A DNA stretch of 64,000 nucleotides from Camelus ferus (GCF_009834535.1 NC_045697.1:24306001-24370000), one strand, 5' to 3'; positions 13,251 to 27,780 are shown, numbered from the stretch's first letter. The notes: generated by a model from the sequence alone, not told the origin. Program-made: numbers and translations.

Positions 13251-13759
13251 AGAAATTAAAATCATCCTTCTTCCCAATAGTAAACAATTTTTCCAGAATG
13301 AATGATTAAATAGTCTGTCCACTTCCCACCTTAACTGCATACAACTAATATAACTATTTTTATATTTAGGTCTGGGTCTCAGAATATTTATGTTTTAGGA
13401 AACCAAGCCTTTAGTCTGTCCTTTCTTGAATACCAGATACCTTTAATCACTTGGCTTTTACAGTATTACTAAGATGCATTTCAAATGAAATGCTATTTTT
13501 GAATTATGCAAATGAGGCAACAATTTCTAATCGCTTATAATTTTTTTCAGTGTCAACAGTTGTCTATTCCTTGGGGCCAGATGATTGAATCGTTTAGCTA
13601 CTTCATGTTTGATAATGTGTCCTACACTATGATGAAACTGTGGAAACCAGTGAAGTCAAAGAAATACAGGCTGTTTTTTGAACAGCTATCTCAAATGAAG
13701 CTTTGCTTTTATATGTGCTTAAATTATTATAGTAACAGTAAAAATACCAATTACATTTT

Positions 13760-13945
13760 GAACACTTGCTCGCTATGATCCACTGTAATAAAAGCATTAC
13801 ATGTGTATCATTTAATCTTTACAAATCCAACAAAGCACAGACATAATTTAGTCCATTTCACTAATAAGAAAATTAAGTCTCAGTGACTAATCCACAGTCA
13901 CACACAACTAATAAGGGTTGCATTAAGGAGTCCAATTCAAAATCA
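13760..13945 (-). mobile_element. MIR SINE
   Basis: catttaatctttacaaatcc...catttcactaataagaaaattaagtctcag...cacagtcacacacaactaataag matches the antisense MIR core. Confidence 0.65.
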
Positions 13946-14810
13946 CTTTTATTTCAAAAGTAACATGTTTAATCCCAATGCTAACCAGTATTTACTGTTT
14001 CCTGTGACTATATTGTAGTTGGGGCTCAATTAGTTTTGGAAAATTAAGTTAAATCTCTAAATTTCCTAGTGTGTGATATATTTTAGGCGTCTACATATAA
14101 TTTACTTCAGAAAGAAAATCTGTTTTGGCATAAATATTAGTACCCCCCAAACATTTGAGTGTACTGGATAAAGAGTCCTGAATTATTTGATTAACTTGGC
14201 CTGGAATGCTGAAACACTGCATATTCAGAATTATATCTGGCAACACAAGCAAGGTGATTATTTATCTCAGATATTTGAATTGTACTTATGTAGTGAACAT
14301 TGTTCCTTTAGTCACAGGTTTTTATTCTAGAGCTCCAACTAAATATAAGAATTGAGGATTATATTTCTTAAGAAGGACCATTTATATATACCTGTCTATA
14401 TTGTTTCCCTTTGAGACTTAGAGCAATTTTTAGACTAAATTATACGTTTTAAACTTCAAAAGTTGTGTATAGTAATAAACATTTATTTCTGCAAGTGGAT
14501 ACTACTCACATAATGAATACATATGGGGAGTCACTGGATTTTAATACCTTACATGAAAACAGTTGTGGCAGAGAATGCTGTGTAGTTTAAGCACCCTCAG
14601 GGGTAAATAATTTTAAATCAATGACTTCAGATATTATGCTTCTGAAATACAGTCTCTCACAGGAGTTTCCTGGCAACACTGGTAAACATTATGCCATCTG
14701 TATAATTGCTCTGTGTACTTTCATTTCTTTAACTTAAAAGGCAGTGTTGGGGGAAAGGACTACATTAGAAATGGATTACCCTGAACACAATTGACAAAAT
14801 TTTTCTGTTT

Positions 14811-14815
<5 letters not shown>

Positions 14816-14877
<62 letters not shown>
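14816..14877. repeat. (AT)n microsatellite, ~31 units
   Basis: Uninterrupted TA run. Confidence 0.98.
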
Positions 14878-14879
<2 letters not shown>

Positions 14880-15059
14880 GATATTACATATATAAAATTA
14901 ACAATTAGACTCTGGAGATTTGAGTAGCTAGAACATATTAGACCATTAGACTTTATTTTCTTCTCATAAGTGAATGTTCTGGGGAGCTTCCCTTTACAAG
15001 TAATCCAGGTTCTCTGGCTTCTTCTGTGTCATGACTCCACTATTCATTTGCTTCCCATT

Positions 15060-15517
15060 GCAACCTGCATCTTTTTGGAGGAAATACAGTGAATGCTGTG
15101 GTGTGCTGCCCTCTTGGGACTCAGTACTCATTTCTCTACTTGATGGTAATGGTGGCTCTTGAGGGCAGAAACCTGAGGGCCTCTTTAGTTACCCTTGGCT
15201 GGAGAAGCTGTCTTTCCCAGGGTTGCTCTTTTCCTCAGAGACTGTCCACAACAAAAAACTAGTCAATGAGGAATTTACAAAGATCCATTCCATTGCTTCA
15301 AGTGTTGCTATTGCTGAGAAGCTATTCCAGCCTTGAACTCGCTGTGACATTGGCTGAGGCCTCTATTGAAGACATATTCTCTATTGCAGAGAGAAATGTC
15401 CAACTTCTCTCTTCAATCCTGCTTCCTTCACTTCCCTACAAGTATTGTTCTTGAGTATCTTCCAGATTAAACCACCTATATGCAAACATGTCTGTCTCCT
15501 ATGGAACCAGATTATAA
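15060..15517 (+). mobile_element. ERVL LTR, LTR16-like
   Basis: caatcctgcttccttcacttccctacaagtattgttc...attaaaccacctatatgcaaac...ggaaccag resembles the LTR16 3' end. An MLT1-like fragment follows to ~15715. Confidence 0.55.
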
Positions 15518-16714
15518 GAGAAGAAAGAGAAAGTGTGGAAGGCACACCCCTGTTTCTTAAAATGTCCTGGCCTGGAAGCCTGAGGTATCACTTCCATTCA
15601 CGTTACAATAGCTTGAACTAGTCTCATGACTACACATAGACGCAAGACTACTGAGAAATATACCGCTTCCCTAAAGTATGTACAAAAGAGTGGGAGTACA
15701 GAAATCACTGTCACAGTGAATATGTGAATAGAAACTTTTAGAAGCTAGGGGACTTAGAATGAAATTGTATTTAAATTGTTAAAAATTCTTCAAGTACAAA
15801 AATGAGATTTTTGTTTTTTATATGCTTACATTCAAACCAAGTATAGACAGAACAGAATTATATTCTGTTTCTAGGAGTATTATTTATTTTTTAAATAAAT
15901 TCAAAATAGATATTTTCTTGTCAAAATAATTTCTACACATTATTCTTTCATCTTATGAGAATTTTTAAACTACTGTACATTTGCTAAACAATAAAATCAC
16001 TTATGAAAGAACAAATCCATAACTATATATTATTTATGTTATATTAGTGAAAATGGATAAATAGTTCTGTACTGTGGGGGTAAATTTATGATGCAGTCTA
16101 GATTAAGAGCTATGAGATTAAAAGAAATGTTATCAAAATAATATTGGAGGAACCAAGGAAGTTTCATCAGCATAGCTATTTTATATGTCTTGTAGGTAGG
16201 TAGATGAAAAATGCCCCTTGCATTTATGCAGAGTACATCCTGGAAGGCTATAGTAAGAGGCCTCTGTGTAGAAGATGATACAACATGAACTCTATCTTCA
16301 TTCATAGTCATTAGCCCAGACAGGTAGCAGGGAAAAAAAAGTTTTAACGATTGCATATGTACAAATCCTGTCACATGGTGTACATAGCTGAAGAATGCAT
16401 GTATACATACACTAAAAAATATATAATCACAACATTTATTCAACATTGAGCAGGCACATTCATAAACTGCAGTAATTTGATTGTGTGGCTAGAGCAATAT
16501 TTAGATTATTCAGTGGAAAGCATTACATTAAAGGGGAAATTTAGAAAGACAGAAAGTGGCATCAAATCTAACCAGAAGAAATTTTTGGAAAGGCCCATTA
16601 GTTACAGTGTTTAACCAAATCTTGTGAAAAGATAAAAGGATAAAACAGGGAGATAAAAAAGAGAGAACTGGGAAATGATTTGCATTCTTGCAACTACAAA
16701 AGGCATAGTGCCAA

Positions 16715-19700
16715 GAGTTAACACCTATCCTTCACAAACAATTCCGAAAAATTGCAGAGAAAAGAATGCTTCTGAACTTATTCCACAAGACCAACATCAT
16801 TCTGAAATCCAAAACCAGATACAGCTATCACAAAAAAGATAATTACAGGCCAGTATCATTAATGAACATAGGTGCAAAAATACTCAACAAAATATTAGCA
16901 AGCTGAATTACATTAAACAATACTTTAAAAGGATCATATACCATGATCAAGTGGAATTTATCTCAGGGATACAAGGATGGCTCAATATCTGCAAATAAAT
17001 CATCACATTAACAAAGTGAAGAATTAAAAATCATATGATCATCACAATAGATGCAGAAAAAACTTTTGATAAAATTCAACATCCATTTATGATAAAAAGT
17101 CTCAATAAAGTAGGCATAGAGGGAACATATCACAACATAATAAGGGCCAGATATGATAAGTCCAGATCTAGCATCATACTCAGTGGTGAAAAGCTGAAAA
17201 CATTTTCTCTAAGATTAAGAACAAGACAAGAATGCCCAACTTCTTCACTTTTATTCAGCATAGTATTGGAAATCATAGCCACAGCAATCAGACAAGAAAA
17301 GAAATGAAAGGAATCCAAATTGTAAAGGAGTAAATAAAACTGCCATTATTTGCAGACGACATGTTACCTATACAAAAAATCCTCCAACACCATCAAAAAA
17401 AATTTGAGATATAAATGAAGTCAATAAAATTACAGGATACAAAATTAATATACAGAAATCTGTTGTATGTCTATACATTAACAATGAACTCTCAGGAAGA
17501 GAAATTTAAAAAACAATCCCATTTAAGGTCACATCAAAAATAATAAAATACCTAGGGAAAGAAAATTAAAGGGGCAAAAGACCTGCACTTGGAAAACTAA
17601 AGGACATGGATGAAAGAAATTGAAGATGACACAAACAAATGGAAAGATATACCTTGTTCATGAATTGGAAAAATTAATATTGTTAAAATGACCATACTAC
17701 CTAACAAGATCTACAAATTCAATGCAGTCCCTATCAAGATACCAGTGACATTTCTCAAAGAACTAGAACAAATCATTTTAATTGTACGGAAACACAAAAG
17801 ACCCTAAATAGCCCATGCAATCTTGAGAATGAAGTACAGAGCTGAAGGAATTATGCTCCCTGACCTCAGACTATACTGCAAAGCTACAGTAATCAAAACA
17901 GTATGGTACTTGCACAAAAACACACATAAACAAATGAACAGAATAAAGAGCCCAGAAATGAATTCACACTTATATGTTTGACTAATCTATGACAAAGAAG
18001 GCAAGAATATACAATAAGGAAACCTATTTAATAAGTGGTGTTGGAAAACTGGACAGCTACATGCAAAACAATCCAACTGGACTACTCTCTCACTCCATGC
18101 ACAAAGATAAATTCAAAATGGATTAAAGGCTTAAATGTAACACCTGGAATCATAAAACTTCTAGAGGAAAACGTAGGCAGTACTCCCTTTGATATTAATC
18201 TTAGTGATTTTGGGTGGGAGGGTATGTCTCCTCAAGAGAGGGAGATGAAAGCAAAGGTAAATGAATGGGACTACAACAAACTAAAAAGCTTTTGCACAAT
18301 GAGGGAAACCATCAACAAAATAAGAAGGAAACCTGATGAATGGGAGAAGATATTTGCAAATGACAGGTCTGATAAGGGGTTAATATTCAGAATATACAAA
18401 GAATTCGTACAACTCAACATCAAAAAAACAAACACCCCAATTAAAAAATGGGCAGAGGATCTAAATAGACATTTTTCCAAAGAAGACATAAAGATGGCAA
18501 ATGAAAATATGATCAACATTGCTAATCATCAGGGAAATGCAAATCCAAATGACAATGAAATATCACCTCACACCTGTCAGAATGGCTATTATCAAAAAGA
18601 CAACAATAACAAGTGTTGGTGAGGATGTAGAGAAAAGGGAACCCTCTGGCACTGTTGGTGGGAATGTAAACTTGTATATTCACTATGGAAAACAGTATGG
18701 AGATTCTTCAAAAAATTAAAACTAGAACTACCATATGATCCAGCAATTCCACTCCTGGGTATCTATCCAAGGAAAACAAAAACAGTTACAGAAAAGACAT
18801 CTGTATTCCTATGTTCATTGCAGCACCATTTGCAATAGCCAAGATATGGAAACAAATCAAGTGCTCATCAATATATGAATTAATAAAGAAGATGTGGTAT
18901 ATATACAGTGGAATATACTCAGCTATAAAAGAAATGAAATCTTGCCATTGTGACAACCTAGATGGACCTAGAGGGTATTATGCTGAGTGATATTAGTCAG
19001 ACAGAAATACTGTATGATTTCACTTAAATGTGGAATCTACAAAATGAAACAAATAAATAAATGTCACAAAACAGAAACAGTTACAGATACAGAGAATAAA
19101 CAGGTGATTGCCAGAGGGGAGCATATGGAGGAAAATAGCGACGTGAGAGAGAAAGAGGTACAAAGTTCCAGTTGCAAAACAAAGGAGTCATGGGTATGAG
19201 ATATGCAGTGTGGGTAATATAGTCAATAAGTATGTATATCTTTGCATGGTGCCATGTCATAATTAGACCTATCATGGTGATCATTTTAAAGTGTATAGAA
19301 ATACCAAATCACTGTGTTGTGTAACGGGAACTAACATAGTGTAGGTCAATCATATTTCGAAAACAAACAAACAAACAAACTCATAGAAAAAAAGATCAGA
19401 TTTGTGGTTACCAGAAGCAGGGGTTACAGGGAGCAGGAATTTGATAAAGACTGTTAACAGGTGCAAACTTCCAGCTATAGGATAAATTTGTACCAGGTAT
19501 GTAATGTACAACATGACAAATGTAATTAACACTGATGCATATTATATATGAAAGTAAGTTGTTAAGAGAATAAATCCTAAGAGTTCTCCTCACACACAGA
19601 CACAAATTTTCTCTATTTCTTTAATTCTGTATCTGTGTGACACAATGCATGCTCACTAAACTTATTGTGATAATTATTTCGTGATGTATGATAGTCAAAT

Positions 19701-19772
19701 CATTATACTGTACACCTTAAATTTACACAGTGTGCTTTATGTCAATTATGTCTCAATAAAACTGAAGGGGAA
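16715..19772 (+). mobile_element. 5'-truncated LINE-1 (disrupted ORF2 RT and C-terminal domains, plus 3'UTR)
   Basis: RT motifs [19 protein letters not shown] and FADDM (~17350) with several stops and frameshifts. AATAAA at 19755. Exact 17-bp TSD aaaaggcatagtgccaa at 16698-16714 and 19773-19789. Confidence 0.97.
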
Positions 19773-19794
19773 AAAAGGCATAGTGCCAATAGGC

Positions 19795-20160
19795 CAGTTT
19801 ATTTATCAAAAACCTATCAGATGCTCTTGTTATGTCCTGGGTGAATCAAGCAGTCTCTGACCTCAAAGAGCTTATACTTTACTGGAGAAGATATCATACA
19901 GAAATATATTACATTTCATATGTGGCATGAAGTGAAATAAAGAATGCAGATAAAGATATTGATGGTTAATTTATTTATGTTTTTAATATGGTAATGATTG
20001 AAGACATCTGTAAAGAGGTGACAGTTGACCAGAGGATTGACAGAAGCAGGGGAAGGAGCAGTTTGAACATCTGGGGAAAGAGAGAAGTAAGTACAAAGTC
20101 CCTGACTTGTGAGAGCATGCTGGGTGCATCTAAGGAATGAGAAAGAAAAGAGGCAGGATG
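19795..20160 (-). mobile_element. L2 fragment
   Basis: ctctgacctcaaagagcttatac..., gaggtgacagttgaccagagg and aagtccctgacttgtgagagcatgctgggtgcatctaaggaa are L2-like. Confidence 0.55.
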
Positions 20161-20774
20161 GATAGAGTTTTGTCACAACTGGGTTTGCTATGTCTTTTGT
20201 CACAATGCCTGGGCTCTCATAAACACAGTAAATTGCAAAGGCAAGTACAAGTACCTTCTCTTACTTGTGCTGTTAAACAGTGCCCCAGCATGACATTGAA
20301 ATGGCCTTATACTCAAGTTTTGGATACTTTTTATTAACAATTATATACCACATGGAGCCACACTGTATAAAATATGATTTATGTTTTTTTTAATGCAATA
20401 AAATATTTAATGTCTCTACTTTTAACTATTCATTTTGCAAAATTATTTTAACCTCAAATAGTTAGGGACTTTGAGGACAGGTAACTTGCAGCTGTTTTAA
20501 GAAGATAAAAAAACTTTAATCTGAAATATTTAAGCAATGAATCATGATAGTCAAGTTAGCTTAAGAGGAATTTCATGCAGATTCAAGTCATGTATCTGTA
20601 GTAAACAGACATAAAATGTAGAAATTTGGGCCAAGAAAAGACAAATCAAACACTGATGCTATGAAAAAAACAAAGAAATAAATGTCTTGAACATAATGAC
20701 AAAGAACAACACATCATGCTATTCTTGTTAAGTAATATCTGATAAAAGATATAAAAAAGCATTTTTCAGTCACC

Positions 20775-20776
<2 letters not shown>

Positions 20777-20804
<28 letters not shown>
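20777..20804. repeat. (CA)n microsatellite
   Basis: Direct CA run. Confidence 0.95.
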
Positions 20805-20807
<3 letters not shown>

Positions 20808-21689
20808 CATGCACACATGCACATATTAGCAACAATGATCTTAAATCTAGGCAAACATGTGCTTCATTTACCATGTTTTTTCTCCTCTTCAAAATGTCCA
20901 TTTTTATTTTACCTAGTCACCTATATGGAAAACTCAGGAAAAACACCATAAATAAATAACAGTCACTTCATTAAATTCATGAGAACAACTCTTAAAATTT
21001 ACAATAGATTAACAATGTGAAAAAAAAAAAACAACTAAGCAATATTCTTAACAATCTTCATGCATTATATGCATGTCCAATTTTCAGCAGATAATATAAA
21101 AATTATCATTTGAAATGTAAATCTCATAGAAATCTTTAACTGGATGAAATATATATATATTTTTTTCATCTAATAAATAGTAAGACAAAAAGCACCCCAA
21201 AGAATATTCTGGTAAACAGGAAGAAAATACATTCTTATTGACATGTGGAAAGTTCCTACATGTGAATTTCTATGTGTGAAGCGCTGAGAAGCTAACACTT
21301 CGCAATAAGAGAGAAGCTAGGGGAATTCTCTTGAAGTTATATTTGAATATCATGCACAACATTTTCACTTAGATTAATTTAATTGGCTTGGGAATTGATG
21401 GATGATACGGATGTGAAAGGACTAAATTTTCCCACATCCAGAGCCACCTCCAGAGCCACCCTTTGGCAGCACCACTTTGCTAGACACATAAATCAAATGA
21501 CATTACATGGCATACATTTATAATAAAAAGATGAAAAACTGGCTTCTGTTTTCTAGAAGCTTAGTAACTTTGAGTAAAATAGAGAATTTCAAAATAACAT
21601 GAAAATTTCTCAATTGTAAAAATGCAGTGTACAGTAGCTTCAAACGAGATGCCCTGTGATATAAGGGAAGCCTTTATTTTTAGTATTTC

Positions 21690-23420
21690 TCTTCTGATTT
21701 TTCTCTGTTGCTCATTCTCTGTTTCTCTTTGCAGATATTTAGACATTTTTTTAGGATTTCATCCTGATTTGTTTATAGTGTTTTTTAGTATATTGCTTTA
21801 TATAAATTTCTTAGTAGTTACTGTAGGTATTAAAAATACGCATATGTAACTTATCACTGTCAGCTGGTATTGAAGCTTTGCCAGTTCAGGTGAAATGTCC
21901 ATTAGGCTCCTTTACCCTCCCCCTTTTCAAAGTGTAGTTCTTAAATAATTTGTCTGTATTCATTGCGCACCACATCAGATAATGTTATAATTGTTGCTTC
22001 ATCCTTCAAATATGGCTTATAAAATCCATGAGAATTAAAACTGTCTGTTATATGTACTTCTACTTTTACTCATAATATTTTTTTTCTTTCTGAAATTTCA
22101 AGCATTCTTCTATTATTATTTTCTTTTTTTAAAGAGAACTCTTAAAGATGGTTGGTTAAAAGAATTTTTAACCATTCTTAAGGTTAGTTTTGCTGAAACA
22201 ATTCTCTTCTTTTACTTCATCTGACAATAGCTCTATCTTCCCTTCATTCCTAAAGAATATTTTCACTAGATAATAGGATTTCTGGTTGACAGTTCTCTTC
22301 TTTTACTTGAAAACTATTGAGTCATTTCCTCCTGGCCTTCACAGTATCAGATGAGAAATCTGCTGTCATTTAAATTGGTGTTCCTCTGCAAGTAATGCAT
22401 TGTTTCTTTCTGGATGCTTCCAGACTTTTCTTTCTCTTTAGATTTCAGAAGTTTAATTATGAGGTGTCTTGGTATGGATTTCTTTTGTGGGTTTATGGCT
22501 TCCTACCAATTTGGGAAGTTTTCAGCAATTATTTCTTTGAATACTTTTTTGACCCCCTGCTCTTTCTTTTCCTCCTGTGTTTCCAATGATATGAATGTTA
22601 GCTCTTTTGTTACTGTCACACAGGCCCCTAGCATTTTCCATTTCTGTAATTTCCATGTGGTTCTTTTTCTAAATTATATTTCTTTACTGATATTTTCCAC
22701 TTTGGGGGTTAGTTTTAAAAGAATTCCTACTTGATTGTTAAAGCATTTTCATGATGGCTGCTGAAAAATACTTGTCAAAACAATGCAATGTTATTTGGAG
22801 GAGGAGCCTTTGGGAGTAATTAGGCCATAAGGGTGGAGCCCTCATGATTGAATTAGTGCCCTTATGAAAACAAGCACCAGAGAGAGCTTCTTCCCTCTCT
22901 GCTCTCTGTCATGTGAGGACACAGCAAGAAGATGGCCATCTGCAAACTCATAAGTGGGTCCTCACCTGAACCCAACCATATTGGTGCTCTGATCTCGAAT
23001 TTCCCAGCTTCCAGAGCTGTCAAGAAATACATTTCTGTTGTTTAAGCACCCAGTCTATGATAATTTGTTATAGTAGCCTGGGCCAGATGAGTATGGACAA
23101 ATGTTTTGTGTCATTAAGCTTGATTGTCCCCTGTCTTTTGGCTGAGAAAATAAGCTCTACTTAAGCTTTTGGTTTTCTGTTTGTCTTGGCTTATTGATGA
23201 TTTTAGGTTGAAGGTTTCTGCAGCATTTCATCAGAATATATAGGATAAAATAAGGAAATTCAGAGGTCTCAAGTTCCATGGTCCATAGGCAATCTGACTT
23301 CTTCCCACCTTTGATGTTTTTCTATGCTTGTTTTCTGTGTTGTGTCAAGAGATTTTTAGTTATGAGATGGAGGACCTGAGAGATATGAGATCACTCTATC
23401 TTGACAAGACTTCAGTTTTT
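21690..23420 (-). mobile_element. Old L1M fragment (ORF1 region), interrupted by an MLT1A LTR
   Basis: The reverse complement of ~22440-22475 encodes PRHLIIKLLK (ORF1p motif). The surrounding T-rich sequence is antisense L1-like. Confidence 0.7.
22780..23088 (+). mobile_element. MaLR LTR, MLT1A-like
   Basis: ggagcctttgggagtaattagg...agggtggagccctcatg...catgtgaggacacagcaagaagatggccatctgcaa...tttaagcacccagtctatg...ttgttatagtagcc. Confidence 0.88.
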
Positions 23421-23455
23421 TAAAACAGCTATCTATAAAACAATAGTACCCTCTC

Positions 23456-23960
23456 TTTTTTTAATTGAAGTATAGTCAGTTTACAATGTGTCAATTTCTG
23501 ATGTACAGAATAATGTTTCAGTCATACATATACATACATTTCTTTTCATATTCTTTTTCATTATAGACTACTATGAGATATTGAATATAGTTCCCTGTGC
23601 TATACAGAAGAAACTTGTTTTTATTTTATATATACTAGTTAATATTTGCAAATCTCAAACTCTTAATTGATCCCTTACTACCCTCCTTTCCCACTGGTAA
23701 CCATGAGATTGTTTACTACTGAGTCTGTTTCTGTTCCGTAGATAAGTTCATTAGTGTCTTCTTTTTTTCTGTTCTTAGATTCCACATATGAGTGATATCA
23801 TATGATATTTTTCTTTCTCTTTCTGGCTTACTTCACTTAGAATGACAATTTCCAGGTCTATCCATGCTACTGCAAATGGCATTACTTTATCATTTTTATG
23901 ACTGAGTAATATTCCATTGTATAAATATACTACAACTTCTTTACTCAGTCATCTGTCATG
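23456..23960 (-). mobile_element. Lineage-specific L1 3' end (camelid-like)
   Basis: A T-tract is followed by aattgaagtatagtcagtttacaatgtgtcaatttctg...atagttccctgtgctatacag...ttccacatatgagtgatatcat. Same family as 39037-39222. Confidence 0.88.
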
Positions 23961-25129
23961 GGATCAAAGGAAGAGTGAGAGTTTTCAAACTCGGTATCAT
24001 AGATGACTTCCAAACAGAGACATAGCATCTTTAAAGACATAAAGGGAACAAATACAATTGTGTGTCAGGAGGTCTTTTAGAATCATGGTGGCAGAGCAGC
24101 ACAGTTACCCAGGAAGCTGTGGAAGTAAGCAGGAGCAACATCAGTAAGAGCCTTACATGCTCAGATTAAGATTTTGATTTTCTTGCTTTGTGGATGGTAA
24201 TCTCTAGAGTGAAGGTTTTAGTTCTGTAATACAATTAGTTTTACATTTTAGAAAGGTAAGTTTCATTGTGATGTGGATAATGCACCAGAGTCAAAGAAGT
24301 CAAGAGGTAAAAATATCTGATGGTAAGATATCGGGATGTTGGAAGGAACAGACTGAAAAACAATATGAGTTTAAGATATAGTCAGGAAGAAAAATCAAGA
24401 AATTAAGTTGCGGAGGGCTGGAAGAGTGAATTTTGGGAAATGAGGGAGGGAGAAGACTTAAGGATACCTTCAATACTTCTGGCTTACTGGGTTTGGCTGG
24501 ATGGCTTAACTGGCATCACAAACATAGGACAGGTATCATATAAGGGGACTAGTAATGAAGAGATTAATTTAAGGTGCAAATTACTTTTCAACTTCCATAT
24601 ATTAGCAAGTCATATCTTTCTCACAAAGTTTTACCTCATCTCCTCAGGTCTAAATTCTGAAACATGAAGTCCTAGCCTTGGTCGTCTTCCACACTTGTTA
24701 CTTCTAGTTCTTCTACCTTAACATCAACCCTCGTTGCCTCTTCATGGTCTATTAAAATCACTTCATATCTCCTCTCTGTGTAGACTCCCATCACCATGCT
24801 CCTGCCCTCAAAGTCTGCTTTCTGAAGACACTGGGTCACCTTCCCTTCCTGCAAAATATTTTCTATAGATCCTCAAACACAGATTATACTACACGTTTCT
24901 CATTCTTTTTGATTTTTAGAAACATTTATTATTGGAAAATATTGAAGTATGCACATCAGGCTATTAACCTCAGTTTCCTCACATGAAATTAAATGAAAGA
25001 GATAGAAGGAGGCCAAGATCATTACTGTTCATTTTGAATTGTGTCATTTGTTACAAGAGGGATGCACTACTTCGGCAGTGATATGATAAAAAGAATTAAA
25101 AGAAACTGTTGGGACTTGTTTTCTATTCC

Positions 25130-25626
25130 AGTAGTCACCTAATGTCATAATAATGCTGCAACAACCACCAAACCTCAGTAAAATACAACAATAAACTTTT
25201 ACTGAGCTTGTGAATCTGCAGTCCAGCCAATGAGTTAGTCCAGGCAGTTCTTGTGATGGCTGGGCTCTTTCACACATATGGCATTGACCACAGGTCTACT
25301 CATTTAGAATGGTTTCAACTGAGATGACAGGAAAGGCTCATCCCTGCTCCACATAATGCATCCCACAGGTCAGTCCAAGACAATCTGTTCTCACAACAGA
25401 GTCTGAGAAATAAGACTGCATCCAGAAATAGACAAGTGTCTTCTCTTGCGTCTGCTTATTTATATTTGCTAACATCCTGCTTGTCACTAAAGTCACAAAG
25501 ATGAGCCTGGAATCCCGAGAATGAAGCAGAACATGCCACACAATATTGCAGAGTTACATGGCAAAGGAAGTAGATACAAGGGGAGGGGAAAATTGAAGGC
25601 AGGCAGTCAACGTGGAAAAACCACAT
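25130..25626 (-). mobile_element. MaLR LTR, old MLT1-like
   Basis: atgctgcaacaaccaccaaacctcagt...gagttacatggcaaagg matches an antisense MLT1 LTR. Confidence 0.6.
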
Positions 25627-25664
25627 AATGTATTATGCATTGGGACTTCTCTATTTTATTTATT

Positions 25665-26110
25665 CATCAGACAGGTATGCATTCATCCTTAGTCCTAGGT
25701 GTTATGAGTTCAGCAATGGTTAAAATAGAATTCCAGTCCTTACTTCCTGGTGAAATAGAGAGCCAGTAATAAGTAAAATACATATACATTCAAATTTAAG
25801 GAGTGATATGAGCAAATAACCTGGGTAAGGGGATACAGATGGGTGGATTGAGTAGGTGGTCAGAACAAGATTTCTGGGGGAGTGAAACACAAAGACTGAA
25901 GTGAAGAATTAGAGTAAGGCAATGCAAAGGTTTGGGGAACGTGTCTTCCAGACAGATGGGAGAACATGTGTGAGGCATCTGGGGTGAGAACAAGAATGGG
26001 AGTCTTTTCCAACCTTAGCAAGTCAGTCCGCCTGGAGTGCAGGGAGTGAGGAAGGCGGTGGGGGGAGTGAGGACAAGAGGGGTGGTGAGGTCACATTACT
26101 GGGGCTCTAG
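25665..26110 (-). mobile_element. L2 fragment
   Basis: tttattcatcagacag...ccagacagatgggagaacatgtgtgaggc...cctggagtgcagggagtgagg is L2-like. Confidence 0.6.
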
Positions 26111-26159
26111 AGCCTGGGAGGAGGAGGAGTACAGATTTATTTAGAGTATGTTAAGAAGT

Positions 26160-26655
26160 TGAAGGCAAGCAAATATGTCACCCCAAAATATGTCACTTTG
26201 GCATACTGATTATTTTGAATTAAAGTTACTTGAGAAACAGCCACACAAGAAGTACATTCTGATCCTTCTTGGTCCCCCTGAAAGCAGGAGATGAATCTCC
26301 CATGTGAAAGGTCCTTTCTTATACTAAGAGGAAGAGACATCCTTATCAACAAAGAGAGGGAATTTAAGGCCAAAAAGACTATGTAAACACACCTTATTAT
26401 TTCCACACTAATTTACTACCTCAAGGTGAAACGTCTTCATCTTACCAATTCTTCACAAATAATTGTTTCTTTGTCTGGAAGGTATAAAAGCTGCCTACTC
26501 TGGTCACTTCTTTGAGTCTCAGATTTTAATGGGACTCCCATATGTATGAAATTAAATTTGTTTTTCTCTTGTTAATAGCTGTTTTATGTCAATTTAATTA
26601 TTAGACCATCCAAAGAACCTAGAAAGAAAGAAGGGAAAAGTATTCCTTGTCTTCG
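26160..26655 (+). mobile_element. ERV1 solo LTR, MER34-like
   Basis: aatatgtcaccccaaaatatgtcactttggcatactgattattttgaa resembles the MER34 5' end. Has tataaaa and attaaa signals and TSD AAGT (26156-26159, 26656-26659). Confidence 0.85.
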
Positions 26656-27687
26656 AAGTCATTTGAACTTTGAAAGTAAGGCAAATATAAACTTATAATA
26701 TATAACAATATATTATATATTATAACAAATATATTATAACAAATATAAACAAATATAAACAAACTCTAGGAGTGCATGTTATTTATCCTTCACCAGATAT
26801 AAAAGATATAGAATTATCTTCATTTTACACTTGGGAAAACTGAGGCCCAAATATGTTTACATAATGTTTTATTAGAGAGTTCTCACAGTCCATTCTGAAT
26901 TAATAGTCAATGTGATTTTAAAATGCCAAGAAGTAGGTTTTAAAATAAATAACGAAATATATTTCATCATTCTTAAAGAATGCTATTATTAGAGTGGACA
27001 GAGAAGAGGGGAAAGTTTTACAATAATATATAGGATGATGTATCTAGGAACTGAAATCATAAGAGTTGAGCACTTGTTTAATCAAAATGCACTGAACATA
27101 AAGCATTCACTGTGTATTACAATGCTGTTGACAAGACATGAAAGATTCTCTCATGATTTCTATAGGTAGACAGGTTGATTTGGCAGATATATAAGCTAGG
27201 TGTCCTCTAAAAATGGTGGCAAAGATTAAATGATTTGACAGTGGAGTACAAGAAAATTTTACTTTTGAAAGTCTTATAAATCTGAGAGTATTTTCAATAA
27301 TCCAACTTTGGGCAATAATAAAGAAGAAGTAGAGAAATACATAGCAAATAATAAATTACCTTAATTTATAAAGGAAGATGACCATAGAACATTCTACCTC
27401 TTATGAAAGATTATGGTATTTAGGGCCAGACTGAATTTTGATAAATAATATGGTCAACTGTTCCTGCTTCCTGAAAGAATTTGAAACAATCCAGATTAAT
27501 TAACATGATACTCTCTTCAGTCAGCACTAATGAATTCTGACTCTATGCCCATTTTTGCATTAGGAAAAAAAAATCACAAATGTTTTAGTCAATCTACAAC
27601 TGAGCATAGACCTTGAACAGTAAATTCTCCCACTGATATCCTAGATTATGGTGCCTTAACTCTGACAGTATTAAAAACTAAGGCCTT

Positions 27688-27780
27688 CTTGGGGAGTGAT
27701 GGGAATGTTAGCTATCTTGATTGTGGTGTGGTGATTTCACAGGTGTATAAACAAATAAATAATAACTTAAAAAAAGTAAA
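27688..27780 (+). mobile_element. Very short L1 3'UTR insertion
   Basis: ggggagtgatgggaatgttagctatcttgattgtggt plus an A-rich tail, flanked by the direct repeat taaggcctt. Confidence 0.6.

Noticed and set aside
16715..19772. ORFs with reverse-transcriptase motifs as a functional gene or novel RT system
   Set aside because: This is an ordinary 5'-truncated L1 ORF2 with many stops and frameshifts, bounded by a TSD.
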